Assembly: GCF_964355755.1 (NCBI RefSeq)
Contig: NC_092672.1
Span: forward strand, 12,276,001 to 12,340,000
Origin: Antedon mediterranea
Lineage: Eukaryota; Animalia; Echinodermata
Length of the DNA: 64,000 nucleotides
Direction: 5' to 3'
The notes under the pieces were generated by a model. That model did no database searches. It worked only from the letters and a program-made list of their open reading frames with translations, and was not told the origin of the DNA. Of this stretch, positions 1 to 13,271 are shown piece by piece. The translations under genes and the position numbers were made by a program. Positions within the stretch are counted from its first letter, which is position 1. Every line of letters begins with the position of its first letter.

Positions 1-245
1 GTATATCGTTTGAACACCATGGACATAAACACATTCAATTCACTAGTATTATTCCTATTGTGGTGCGTTGGTATATTAGTTACCTGGATAAATTGGTGAT
101 GGCTCCACACTACTTCTGCCTGGAAATGAAATGATAATAAATGATGTTATATTTTAATATCTTCAAAAGTTGTGTAGATATTTTTATTATCATTACATAA
201 ATATTCACGTACATTTGTCACTGAAAGATATCATTGTTATTTATT

Positions 246-1357
246 TGTAGGTTAAATATGTGTGGGGATTAATCTAATCATGTGATAATTAAATACTGCC
301 CCCTATAGGTGTTGCTGCCCCCTATAATTGTAACAGTCTTTTTCAAATGATTTGCTTTCTTTTGTATTCATGAACCGGTCAAGGAAGCAGATAGTTTTGT
401 CTCTTATTTAATTAAAGATCTGATTAAAAGGTAATTACTCTACTTTATACATATATTACTTTGTTATACATTTATAAGATTCTGTTATGTTTAAGAAACA
501 TTAATGTTGTATTTTAAGATGATTGCATTCATAGGCCTAGACATTTGTTTTGGGTTAACCTTGACTCATGGAATGTGCAGTTAGGAAGCCTATTGAATAG
601 TATTGTGTTACAATCTTTGAACTAGGATTTTATGCCATATAATGTTATAATATATACTTTTGTGATAAACCTTCTTTGTATTAACAAAATATGTTTAGAT
701 AGATTTAGTAATGTTTAGTTTATAGAAGATAGTTTCTAGTTAACAGTTTGTATAAAATAGTTCATCCTACAGTTCACACTTGATTAATTTGTATACACGA
801 GGCTACCATGCTCGTGATAGATCGTCATGTAGTGCGCCCTCTATTTATCATACAAAATGGCTGCGCCCATGGATTTGTTATTGTTTATATATTTTACACA
901 AACCTAAGATTATAACTCCTTGATTCAATGAATAGACTAAGTTTAGTATTCAAATAGTGTGAGTAAATTCCAACATGCATTTATTCTAGTAATATAATAG
1001 TAATATTCAGGCACTTACGATGCAATTGTGTAGGTAATTAATTAGGTATTTGTATACTCTAACAAAGTATACAGAGGCTGTTTAGGTAGACGTGCCGTTT
1101 GACGTAATAGTCGCAGTCCTCAGAGAGAATCCTTTTTATTAGAGTCGCCTGTTAAGTGAGGTCGTTACTAAGAATTGGCTTGTATTTTAGAATATTATTT
1201 ACTTTTGTTTCTTATTGTATTTATTTTGTGGTTTTCAGGACCATACTGATCTCTATTGTTATGCTAAAAACAAATTAAAACCAAATACACCACCGGACCG
1301 TGGTAAAAGTGAGAAAAGGCGTGTTTTTCCTTTTGTGTTGTCGTCCACATCCTTACA
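246..1357 (+). mobile_element. Probable solo LTR in a gene A intron
   Basis: About 1.1 kb that is absent from the homologous ~190-bp intron of gene B. Termini TGTAGG...CCTTACA, attaaa signal ~80 bp before the end, flanks tatt/tatg (imperfect 4-bp TSD). Confidence 0.5.
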
Positions 1358-4300
1358 TATGTATATAAGTAATATAGTTAGTTGTCATAAAATACATATT
1401 TATTTTGTCATTAAACACAATATTGATGAATGTGTAATCCCACCTTCCAAAAATAAGCGCTTTAAGCGATCAGTTTTCATCGACTTCTCACCACATGGAA
1501 CAGTGCTGTTGTCTTCTTTTAAACACTCTTCCAGATCGTGTAAATGAATGTGCTCTGGATAACAGGCGAAACACAACACACGTAGGTTATAACCGATTCC
1601 TTCATTAGTTTTCAGGACAGTCTTTAGTTGAAGCTGTAAATAGCTTAGTATCTAAAACAAAAAATACACAATAAATAAATTTGAATGAAACGTTTCTTAT
1701 AACTGCATTCAGATAAGCTATTACATTACAATATTAGAATCTTTACCTCAATGCATAAGCTCGGTTTTAGTTCAAATATTTCCTCTGTGTTATTTTCGTC
1801 AACTTTAGTTCGACGGGATATTTCAAGCTGTTAAAAAAGATGTATTGATTTGTTGAATTATTTAACATATTCTATCTCACACTGCTTACGTCTACGTATA
1901 TTCATTACTGTACATTTATTTGGTGAATATAATGTATCATTTAATTTTTAGAATCTTTCAGAGAATTACAAATACCCGTTGGGCAACCTAGATACCAAAA
2001 CATTAAAAACTGTAACACAAAATAGCCTCTATATTAATTTTAGTTATATTATTATAATATTATTTGTTGTTTTATTGTCTAAGTTACTTTTATTCTAAGA
2101 ATCTTAAATGAATACATATTATTAGAATACATAAATTATGTTGTAATCACAGCTTGTATTATTATCCATCCGTGTAGTCATGATCAGACGTACTTAGCTC
2201 TCACTACTGCTAAAACTGATTGAATGTTTAGGAGACCAAATTTCTACATGCAGAAAATGATCGGAAATAATTGATAATTTGATATTTGTTTAAAATCTTT
2301 CTAAAGACATGCTAGCTAATCAACAGAAATAATAAATATTCAAATTATGGTAAATATGAGTTAAATAAATGTTCGTACCTTCAACGCATGCTTGTTTTCA
2401 TTTTGATGGTCGATTTTCATGGGACCTAAACGAACCTCATGATCTCCAAAGTCAAAATCACTACGATTTTGAAATACAACTGGGTCACGTCCTCTACCTT
2501 TAAGCTCCACCAGGTTCAGAAATGCAACAACCAATGTATTGTACACAGAATCAGGAAGGAAGTCCGTAGGTGTAAGATAAAGTGATACCTTCTGTTTCTT
2601 GTCCATTTCAACTTTAAGGCTTTCATCCTTAATTTTCATCCGACATGGAACCAGGAACATCCGGTTATCTTCGCTTTCATGCTAATGTAAAATAAGTATT
2701 TGTAGTGTTATGAACAATATAATATATAACATCGAACTATATTACTAAAATTATCTCAGATTTAGTTAAGAGCAAATTTGTTCAACTTACTTCTAATTTC
2801 TCATAGAGCAAACCAAATGTTTTCATCACTTCAGTAAAAATATCAAAACGATTTGGATCTTCTTCTAATTCTCTTTTCCATAAATGCCGTAGCAATTTTT
2901 CCTCAAGGATCCCTTCCTTGTTAAGCTTTTTCCAAAGATTTCTTAATTGTTTCTGTTTCCAAATAATAAATACAAAAACTAATTTGTAAACGTATTCATA
3001 CAACCACAATAAATGTTGACAACAAACAACTAACTAAATGTAATCATGTATCCACATGTCAATATTTTAAATCCGTTTTGTGACAATTATTTTGCTGCTA
3101 ACCTTATCTACTTACCACTTCAATAATTGGTTGAACTACTGTGATCACTTTTGTCACCATTTCAATCATCATGTAAAGATTTGTTATCACTGTGTTTCTT
3201 AATTTCTTATTAGTACTTGAATACATGATAACTCCAATGTCATTCAGGTACGCTATGGCAGTGGATAGCCAATCTTTTGAAATTCCACATTCAGTGCCGA
3301 CTTTAGATGTCTAATGCAAATTAATAACAAAATATAATGTACTGAATGTGATGATTAAATATTGTTATTTTCCTCTAAAAAAATTGTAAACAGCTTATTG
3401 TTGATTAAAACATATTTTTATCTAACATTCTTCACTTTGACTAGACATTTTAGAAAGCGCATTGTCGGAAAGGCATATTTCTGGTTAAATGTAACTGTTT
3501 CGTTGCATTTTTTTATATTTATTTTACATTATCTTTGTTCATTTTTCTTAGGAGATAGTAAATGACTTTATTCACATTACGAAATAACCAATTAAATTTT
3601 AGATTTTATTAGTCATCTCAGTTGTTCATGTTTTGCGGGAACAACTGAAACAAGAAAAATAGTACAATAATGATGAAGACTTCCCAAATACTAAAAAATG
3701 ACAAGACTATTGACTATTGTAATATTAATTCACATGGCTGGCTCAAAAAAAGAACTTGTCAACATTACATTGTAGACAGAAATGTGTCCTTCAAATTATG
3801 ACGTTATACATTATAATTGTTACCGTATAGTACACTATTTTTAATAAGATAATACATTATTTTGTACTAGTGTTCTTACTCCATATGTGTTTTATTAATC
3901 TGTGTTTACAGTTGTGACAACATAAAATTCACGGTTATACATTAAAAACCAAAATCTTACCTCAGTAAAAGTAATACACAGTGTTGTTTTTCCAATTTCT
4001 TGCATCTGTTCTTGCAAATCCACCCATTTTAATGGAACACTTCTCACCATGGCCTTCATATAACGACCAACGTTTCTCCTTAGTTGTTTTATACCTTCAT
4101 GCGATTTTACAGTGTTATCAACCATGTACATCTCACGATCTACATGATCGGCATATGGCATTCCTTCCATATTTTTAAACATTTTACGAAACTTATCCTC
4201 CACTTCCTTTAATAAAAAATGTTTTTCATAATTACAAGCTATAACAACAACAAGAATGTAATTATTCTTACAAACTGTTATTTCATTTCTGATTTGAATA

Positions 4301-7300
4301 AGTCTAACCAATAATTAAACTTAATACACGATTTAATTTGAGGACCGTAGGCTACGCTATTTAAACTTCATCACTGTATCGGTTTTAACTAATTCAGCTT
4401 TAATTCCGTCCGTGTATACCACATACCGTTGCAAAATTGTAAGCTTGTCTAATGTTAATGTACTTCTGTTACCTTGATCCAATTTTTAGATTTTGACTTT
4501 TTACGAAATGTGTCCATATGTGTAGCAACCAAACAGATAGGAGGTGACTCGATGATCTTGCCATCAATATTAATGGGACTTCCTGGACCATGTTGTGCCA
4601 CAGTATGTTCATAAATGGACCTTATCCAGAACATATTCATTTCCAAATTGGTCATTCCTAGTGTACTCTAAAATCACAAATAAAATGCAATCTTACAAAG
4701 TAAGCTAAAATATTTTCAATAACAAAGATATGCATATTTAATAAAGTGAATTCGAACGAAATAAGTAGGTAGTCAACTTACTGTGGTTGAATCTCGCGGA
4801 TTAGCTGGTTCATCCAAGTTATCACACGCATTAAACGTTACACAGTAGGACACTCTATTTGTGAGGAAAAACTAAACAAAATACAATTGATAATAATAAC
4901 TTTGTTTATACTTCAAGTCATTTATTAGGGATGTGTTAATTGATACATGAAATAATACTTTAGTGAAAATGTTATACCACACCACAATGTCGTCACTATG
5001 AGCAAATCTCTTTATTTTGTAATAATCATTTAACATATGAAACAAAAACTATAGAACAAACGAAAAAATACATAAATCAAATAAAATTTTAAAATATAAT
5101 TTAAATGTCTGTTTAATAAAATAGATACGTAAACAAGCAAATCAAGACCCTTTTTTTAAACATGCACCAATAAATTTATTTTTAAATTTTTAAGACATTT
5201 TTAAGTACAGTAATAGCAAATAACAAAATAGGAACATACCCTATGCGTTATGTAGTAGTCCAGTTGACCTGCGTAGTCCCATATAGTAGTTACGCCACTT
5301 GGAATACTTTCTGAATCATCACTTTTTACAAATTTCCTAAACATTTTCATCGCCCTACTATCTTTCTGTCTTCGCTTTTTTATTTTAGCAACAACTTTTT
5401 TTTTAATTGAGTCGGGAATTGTCAGATTTTCTTTTAGTTGACTCTCTAAATTCAAATAATTACTACAAATCAATGGTGTGTGTGTAAATTAGATATGGAT
5501 ATGGATAGATGGACTGGTCTGAATTTTTGTGATTAGACATAATGAATGTTATAAAGGATAAGTAAGTGTATACAATAAATAAATACATTAGTCAGAATAA
5601 TTAAAGAATTGAACGAGCAGCGAATATTATTGATTGCCCAGTTTTAATACCAATGCAATATTTGCATTTTAATACATTTATATGTTTGCAACAAGAACAA
5701 CCTCACTCTTCCATACATATTATTTTACAAAAATATAAAGAAAACCAAATAATGAGTCCAACCCTTTTTTGCCGAATCCACTGCCAATGACGTGTAATCA
5801 GACTCTCTGGAATCCGATGTAGAAGCCTCGCATAAAGGAAGTTCGTTGAAAGATGATCTTTCTTTCATCTTTGATGTAATTTCTTCGACTACAGCGTCTT
5901 CAAATATTCGCTGGGTTTGCTTGAATCTCAGGTTTTTTGTCGGCGAAAATGTATAACTAAAAATGATTATTTGTGTCATGTTGCACTCATAACGAATAAA
6001 ATGGTTATATTTTTATATACTAGAACACTGAAATATCACTTATAGGCCTGTATAAGCTCCACAGCTCTAAATTTACTTTATATTAATAATAATGAAACAA
6101 TAATATAAACAACACTCCTATGAAGTTATAGTGTTTATTTCAGCATCAGCATGTAGAATACACTACATTAATTTGTTATTTACATTAAATTGGTTTATTT
6201 ACTTTACAAAACCTAAACAATAAACTAAAATATTAATTTCTTTTCTTGTCATGAAATTAATTTGCTGTTATTAATTCGCGTGCTGACTTGATAGTAAAGT
6301 GATTAAAATGCGAAAAACCAAACTTTATTTATGCAAAATAATCGTCAGTACGTATTATATTATTGATGTTTATTTGAAAACTTTAAAAATATTTAAAAAA
6401 ATAATCAAACCTTCCACTGAATACACAGAGTCAGAAGATATAGAACATTCAAAATCAGATATCGAAGGTGTTGAAACAGCACCTTGTAAATGGAATTTGG
6501 TTTCAGTTGACGTTTGTTTTTCCATCTTTGCTGTGATGTGTTCAGGCGTTTTCTGGGATGTTCCTGCAATTCATTATAATATATTTTTGATACAATATAT
6601 AAAATGTCTAACATTTCACTTTTATGTATGTTTCTATACTGTATGAGTGCATCTTAACTTGATTTTGATCACCAATACAGTTTGTTTAGAATAATAAAAA
6701 TACCCTTGTAATATAAATTGTAGTAGATATTCATCATACCTGTTTTTACTGGATCCAAAGAAGAGATTGCTGATGATTCCAGTTGGGAATCAGATTTAGA
6801 TGTTGACATATCTGAACTTCCTTCGCCATCATCCATTTGTTCTTTTATTAACTGTGTTGCAAGTTTTTCTGCAAGTGCATCTTCCCGTATTTTCTTGTTG
6901 AGCTCCATAACTGTAAAAAAACACAAGGTGAAATAAGGTTGTACGGTACACATCATAGAAAATAAATTAAATACTAAAATTAGAAAAATGAGATATATCA
7001 TCAAATCACCGGTAAATAAAATAAATATAATATGTAGGTCATTTATGTAATTATAGACCAAAATGCATTTTTAAGTATTTATTAAAAATATTATTTCCAA
7101 TGTACCTTACCGGTACTTATTACCTTAATTATGGTACTAATAAATCTCTATACAAAAATTGCCCAAAGCAGGCAAGTATGCGTATGTTGAAGGAAGAGAG
7201 AGTTTCTCTCTTTTGTGGGGACAGCCCACTTTGAACGAACAGTTAATGTGTCATTTGTTATGTTTTAATTCTTCTTTTCAAACTTACCGTCGATATCTTC

Positions 7301-7518
7301 CTTCTTCCACTTGTCACAGTCGTTTCCAATTGCTTGAAACAATGTCGTTGTGATATCAATACCATCAGTAGATAGTTCGTTGGATTTAAATCTATAATAA
7401 TGAATAATGAACTCCAAAAGGTCGGATTTAATGAAAGTAGAATGTATCCAATTGTTCATCTTAAAATATTAATATATTTTTTGGTGCATCTTATAAAATA
7501 ACTTGGTTCTTTTGTTAC

Positions 7519-7675
7519 CTTAGTCCAAGCATGGCCTTTACACAGCTAGTTTTTCCAGCACCTTCTTTCCCGAGAAACATACATCTTGAATTTACAACTG
7601 CAATCTCACCATTTTCAAGTTCATTTTGAAATGATCTAACTGCGCTTTCACCTCTAGCTAATATTTCATCTGGAA
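7519..7675 (-). CDS. Gene A Roc P-loop exon (paralog of 54237-54393)
   Basis: IPDEILARGESAVRSFQNELENGEIAVVNSRCMFLGKEGAGKTSCVKAMLGL; GT-AG bounded, 157 bp in both genes. Confidence 0.9.
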
Positions 7676-8501
7676 CTAAATTGCAATTAAAATAAATGCA
7701 AAATATACAAAAACAAATGTAAAAATACAAATATTTTACACTTAAGAATCAATTCGAAGCCATAGTTTTAACAATGTCATTATGACTGCTCATCGTTGTC
7801 ACATTCATACAGTTCAAAGGTTCAGTACAATGTTCAATATGTGTCATTAGTAATATACTGTTTTTAAACAGTATATTACTAATGACACATTTTAAAATAT
7901 TAAAATATTCATGATGCAAAAATCAAGAAAAGTGCATTAATACAAACTTACTGTCAAATAACTTCAATATCTTATTTTTCGTCTGTTTGGAGATTAGAAT
8001 ATTTTCCTTCAAAGCAGATGCAGGTGTTTGTCCTCGCTATACAAAAAAATGTATTAAAGTATTATCCACTGTTACTTTACTAATACTAGTAATGTACATA
8101 ATCCGGATTGAAATTAATACATTTATAAGCCAATAACGTGCACACGTTAATATGACACAATCTGAGTATCTTTGCACTAGCCAACACCAACACTAACTGC
8201 TCTACCATTTAATGTTTAATGTGATTGAATACGGTACACTTTAAAAATGCTATTGAACATTTTTATAAAAGAATAGTCGATACTGATTAAATGTACATGT
8301 TAATTATCGCATCTATGAGAATGTACCACCATGCTAACATAATGACTTTAAATAATTAGCGCCCTTTCTGATATTCTTTAGCTCCATGTTAATAACATAC
8401 TCCTAATCACAATAAGAGTATATCTTGGATATAGGCGTAATGGTTTGCTTAATAAGCACAATTTAAAAATGCAAATTCAATTTTGCATTAATTGACGGTA
8501 C

Positions 8502-8609
8502 CTTGTTTCTTGCTCCAAGTGATGCTCCGTGGGCTATGAGACTGTTCACAATTTCTAAATTACCAATACCGCTAAAGCTGACGTGTTGATGTAGCGGTGT
8601 GTTTCCCTC
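8502..8609 (-). CDS. Gene A ANK exon 8 (36 aa): EGNTPLHQHVSFSGIGNLEIVNSLIAHGASLGARNK
   Basis: 108 bp, AG/GT bounded, phase 0-0; one extra codon in the variable loop. Positional homolog of 55664-55768. Confidence 0.9.
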
Positions 8610-9340
8610 CTAGAAAGCAGAAAGTTGTATGTATTATAATATACATTTTACACGTTTGATACTAGAACTAAGGTTTAAACACATATATTGTATTATTATC
8701 TTTCAGTAGGACTTCGTTGATCATCCCTGCCAAATCGCCAGGACTTGTCTGGTGGGTGTAGGCCAACTGGAAATGCGTCTGACAAGTGGACAGCAGGGAA
8801 TGAGTTCAACGGATGTGAAGCATATATGTCTATCGATTATTGAATGAAAGTTAGATGATAAATCTTAATTGGGGTAAAAAATTAACTTCAGTAATGTAAA
8901 CGGGGTCCCATCGTTTTATTATTTTTTATGAAATCATACACATAAGCGCCATTATTGGTTCGGCATCATAGTCCTCAAGGTTTATGGTAAAGAAATTGTC
9001 AAGTAAATGGAGTATGTTGTTAATTTTCTACGATAGACCACAGTATATCATTACTGTAAATAATACAACTAGTTGATTTTAATTGGGACGTGGAGAGGTG
9101 TTAGCAAACATTATTTTGAAAGTATTGGTATTAACGTCTTGTTAAATGCGGCAGCTATATGATGTTTAAAATAATTTAAACTCACTTTGATAAATAAATA
9201 TGACTTTTTTTCTAAATAAAAATAAATTAAACAAATTCAAGGTTTGTTTATACGGGAGCTCATTTAGATTAACTTATATTGTTAATTAATACGAATAATA
9301 ACGTTATTGATTTTTTAATCATTTTGAAAGAGTAATTTAC

Positions 9341-9442
9341 ATTGTTTGTTATATAGATACAGACGGGTTAGCACTGAACACATTTTAAAACTATTAATTT
9401 AGCGTCTTGTTCAACGTGTCTATGTAGCGGTGTGTTTCCATT
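9341..9442 (-). pseudogene. Broken chimeric ANK cassette exon (ANK ends, intron-derived middle, in-frame stop)
   Basis: 5' part reads NGNTPLHRHV and the 3' end reads ACA AAC AAT|gt. The middle ~60 bp is cassette-intron sequence with TAA at 9370-9368. Confidence 0.75.
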
Positions 9443-9954
9443 CTTAAAAGTAGAAAGTTAGATTAAACTTGAGAAATTTTTTTAAGAATACCGGTATTAT
9501 TATATTACATATTTATCTTTTTCTATATTAATTTTCTAGTTCATTAAGAGTGACTGTAAATTATATAGAAGAACCTGGTATTAAGAAAATAATACAACTT
9601 GCTAATTTTAATTATTATAATACAGACGGGTTAGCAATGAACACATTTTAAGAAAATAATACAACTTGCTGATTTTAATTATTATAATACAGACGGGTTA
9701 GCATTGAACACATTTTAAAAGTATTAATTTAGCGTCTTGTTCAATCTAAAACCCTACAGCTACACAATGTTTAATATATTTTAAATTGTATTTTTGCTTT
9801 GATAATAACTATACATTTTTCCAATGAAATACACATTAAACGAATCTAGGGTTTGTTTATAACGGGAGATAATGTAAATTAACTTGTAGTGTTAACTAAT
9901 ACAAATAATTACATTAACCCTTTTTAATTCATTGTATGTAAAAGAGTAATTTAC

Positions 9955-10059
9955 ATTGTTTGTTGCTGTGATTGGTGCTCCATGGGTTATGAGACTGTTC
10001 ACTATCTCTACATTACCCTGGATAGACATAACGTGTGTATGTAGCGGTGTGTTTCCTTT
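9955..10059 (-). CDS. Gene A ANK exon 7: KGNTPLHTHVMSIQGNVEIVNSLITHGAPITATNN
   Basis: 105 bp, AG/GT bounded, phase 0-0. Confidence 0.9.
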
Positions 10060-10456
10060 CTGAAAAGAAGAAAGTTAGATTAAACTTGACGCATTTTTTT
10101 AAGAATACAGGTATTATTATATTACATATTTATCCTTTTCTATATTCATTTTGTAATTCATTAAGAGTGAATGTAAATTATATAGAAAAATCTAGTATTA
10201 AGAAAATAATTAAACTTGTTTAAAAAGTATTGATTTAGCGTCTTTTTCGATCTAAAACCCTACAGCTACACGATTTTCAATATATTTTAAATTTTATTTT
10301 TGCTTTGATAATAACTATACATTTTTCCAATGAAAAATACAATAAACGAATCTAGGGTTTGTTTATAACGGGAGATAATGTAAATTAACTTGTAGTGTTA
10401 ACTAATACAAATAATTACATTAATCCTTTTTAATTCATTGTAAAAGAGTAATTTAC

Positions 10457-10561
10457 ATTGTTTGTTGCTGTGATTGATGCTCCATGGGTTATGAGACTGT
10501 TCACTATCTCTACATTACCCTGGATAGATAGAACGTTTGTATGTAGCGGTGTGTTTCCTTT
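10457..10561 (-). CDS. Gene A ANK exon 6: KGNTPLHTNVLSIQGNVEIVNSLITHGASITATNN
   Basis: 105 bp, AG/GT bounded, phase 0-0. Confidence 0.9.
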
Positions 10562-10959
10562 CTGAAAAGAAGAAAGTTAGATTAAACTTGACGCATTTTT
10601 TTAAAAATACAGGTATTATTATATTACATATTTATCCTTTTCTATATTCATTTTGTAATTCATTAAGAGTGAATGTAAATTATATAGACAAATCTAGTAT
10701 TAAGAAAATAATAAAACTTGTTCAAAAAGTATTGATTTAGCGTCTTGTTCGATCTAAAATGCTACAACTACACGATTTTCAATTTATTTTAAATTGTATT
10801 TTTGCTTTGATAATAACTAAACATTTTCAAATGAAAAACACAATAAACGAATCTAGAGTTTGCTTATAACGGGAGATAATACAAATTAATCTGTAGTGTT
10901 AACTAATACAAATAATTACGTTAATGATTTTTAAACGACATTGTATAAGAGTAATTTAC

Positions 10960-11064
10960 ATTGTTTGTTGCTGTGATTAGTGCTCCGTGAGCTATAAGAC
11001 TGTTCACTATCTCTACATTACCACGGCCAATCTCAACGTGTGCATGTAGCGGTGTGTTTCCATA
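10960..11064 (-). CDS. Gene A ANK exon 5: YGNTPLHAHVEIGRGNVEIVNSLIAHGALITATNN
   Basis: 105 bp, AG/GT bounded, phase 0-0. Confidence 0.9.
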
Positions 11065-11323
11065 CTGAAAAGAAGAAAGTTAGTATTATTATATTTCATA
11101 TTTATCCTTTTCTACATTCATTTTCTAATTCTAAGAGTGAATGTAAATTATATGGAAATACCCGGTATTAAAAAAATAATGACTAACTGATTTCAATTAA
11201 GACATGCAGAGGATTTAGCAATGAACATCATTTTGAAAGTATTGATGTTAGCGTCTTGTTTAATCTAAAATTCGACAGCTTTACATGATGTTTAAATATC
11301 GTAAATTATATGGTGATGGTTAA

Positions 11324-12642
11324 TCTATATATAAATTATGGTTAATTCTGACATAGGCGAGCACAATGCAAAAACTTCTCTACAAATCTCCGCCTTGGAT
11401 ACCTACCTTATCTATCCGAGATGTACCGCGAAACGTAGATTTGATAACATTAGTGTGCACGCCGACGCTATTGTTCCATATTTATATCTTAGGAAGATAT
11501 TATAAAGAGTTTTTTAACAACATTTATGATTTCAACATTGGATTTTCCTCTCAATTTCAATTCTTCCCGGTCAAAGTAATTTCCGGGTTTAAGATAAGTT
11601 CACCTTAGTTTCAAATATTTTCTCTCTTTTATACACAAGGGAGCAGTTAAAATAATAGATTTGACCCTAAAGGTGAAACAGGCACTTTCCATCAATCAAT
11701 ACAGTGTCCCTTTGGAAGACGAAAAAAAAATTGGCCATTAATCATAGCCATTTCAGTTTTTTGTTTATTTTAAAACATACCACACATGTGTGAAGGTACA
11801 GTAGTTAAATAGTAGGAATTATACTGCAAATTAATAAAGATCAAATTAAATATACGCCATAAAGAATCAGAATATATTGTGGGGAATAGTATTATAAAAT
11901 TACATAGGGAGATTTGATAAGACGTTTTTCGAGTGAAATCCCGATAGCTGAGGTTTATTGAGTAAGCTTGCAGGAATAACTGTAGGCTATCTTCCTGTGT
12001 CCCGTTGGGACCGAGATGTCTGCCCATGTTGCAAGCCGTAATGTCTTCTTTCTTGGGCCCACTCTGTCACGGCAGTTAGTTTCAAAAGATGATTAAATAA
12101 AATAATGTATTAATAATTATTAGGATGGTATTCATTTGAATAAACGCCTCTCCAATAAAACATCACTTTGAATAATAACCCCCCCCCCCCCCCACAACCC
12201 AACTATCTAATAAACGTCCATCCACATATTTATAATAACACAATTATACTATTTGTAGTAGAATTCACCGCACTGTTATCTGCAATTTACCAAGCATTTG
12301 TTACTCTTTTTTACCACTTTTCATATCTATGAGATGATTTCATTTGATTATAATTGTTACCATATTATTAGAACTAAAAAATTTAACATATATCCCTCGA
12401 ATAAGCACCTCCCTCAAATGACCTCCGCCTCCCCAAAGGGCCCTACCAAACAATAAAAACTATACTTTAAAATGTTATTAATCATCTAAGACACTGTGAA
12501 ACAAAGTAGTTCAGTTTTACGAATGTCAAGCATTTTCAATAATGGTAACCGACAGAAAATGTATAAGGAGAACATTATCATTCTAAGAACCATCGTCTAC
12601 ACTTCCTAGAGGGGGAGCGAGCGAAGCGAGCTCACCCTCTAG
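11324..12642 (+). mobile_element. Non-autonomous Helitron
   Basis: 5' TCTATATATAAA; 3' GC hairpin (gagggggagc...gcgaagc...gctcaccctc) ending in CTAG. Inserted between A and T with no TSD. The empty site ggttaa|taactat is visible in the sister unit near 17683. Confidence 0.85.
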
Positions 12643-13271
12643 TAACTATAAATAATATAATTTATTAAATTAATAAACATATTCCTACGCCTAGACATTT
12701 CGTTTAGATTCAAGTAAACTTTCATGAATACTGAATTTGTAGATATGTATGTATTTATCAAACCGCCTTCAAAACATAATTGCAAATTCCAACAATACAC
12801 ACTACGGTGAATTCAATAAATATTTTGTTATATTATTAATCTACTATCCATCCCACCTTCATCCTACAATAAAAGAAAATATTACGTAATTCATTTCTCC
12901 CATTTGCTATGAGGCTTTTGAATGCAAGCTATGTGTATGTATCGTGTTATATGACATTTGCCTTTTTGTTATATTTGTTGCATTTGTATTTTATCCTATA
13001 GGTGACGTACTGTCTGTAGTTTACCATTTTTTTTTCTACTACGAATAATAACGTTAATGATTTAAATAATAGTAAATCTCTGTCAACGCTACCAAACTGT
13101 ATCAATAAAGTGTCGTACTGTCTGTATTTTACCAATTTTATCAAAGAATTGAATCAAACAACAATAAAAACAAACTACTATTTATCAACTATGAGATTTA
13201 AATGCATGCTTGAGTTGAGAGCAAGCAAAACCGTCAACAACAACAATGTATCTCGTCACTTTCCTACAAGC

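Larger units (their letters stand above)
9060..11323. repeat. Short (~500-bp) tandem ANK intron-exon cassettes of gene A
   Basis: ANK exons spaced 502 and 503 bp apart with near-identical intron sequence (e.g. ttagcgtcttgttcaatctaaaa...ctacagctacac...tttgctttgataataactatacat). The same unit recurs at about 16560-17680 and in gene B at about 55770-59150. Confidence 0.9.

Noticed and set aside
8705-8822. GC-richer patch in a gene A intron as an extra exon
   Set aside because: No convincing splice-site pair, no recognisable peptide in the frames read, and no counterpart seen in gene B; probably a repeat fragment.
10035-10740. Twin plus-strand ORFs MYVAVCFLSEKKK...
   Set aside because: These are antisense readings across an ANK exon start and cassette intron; the coding signal is on the minus strand.
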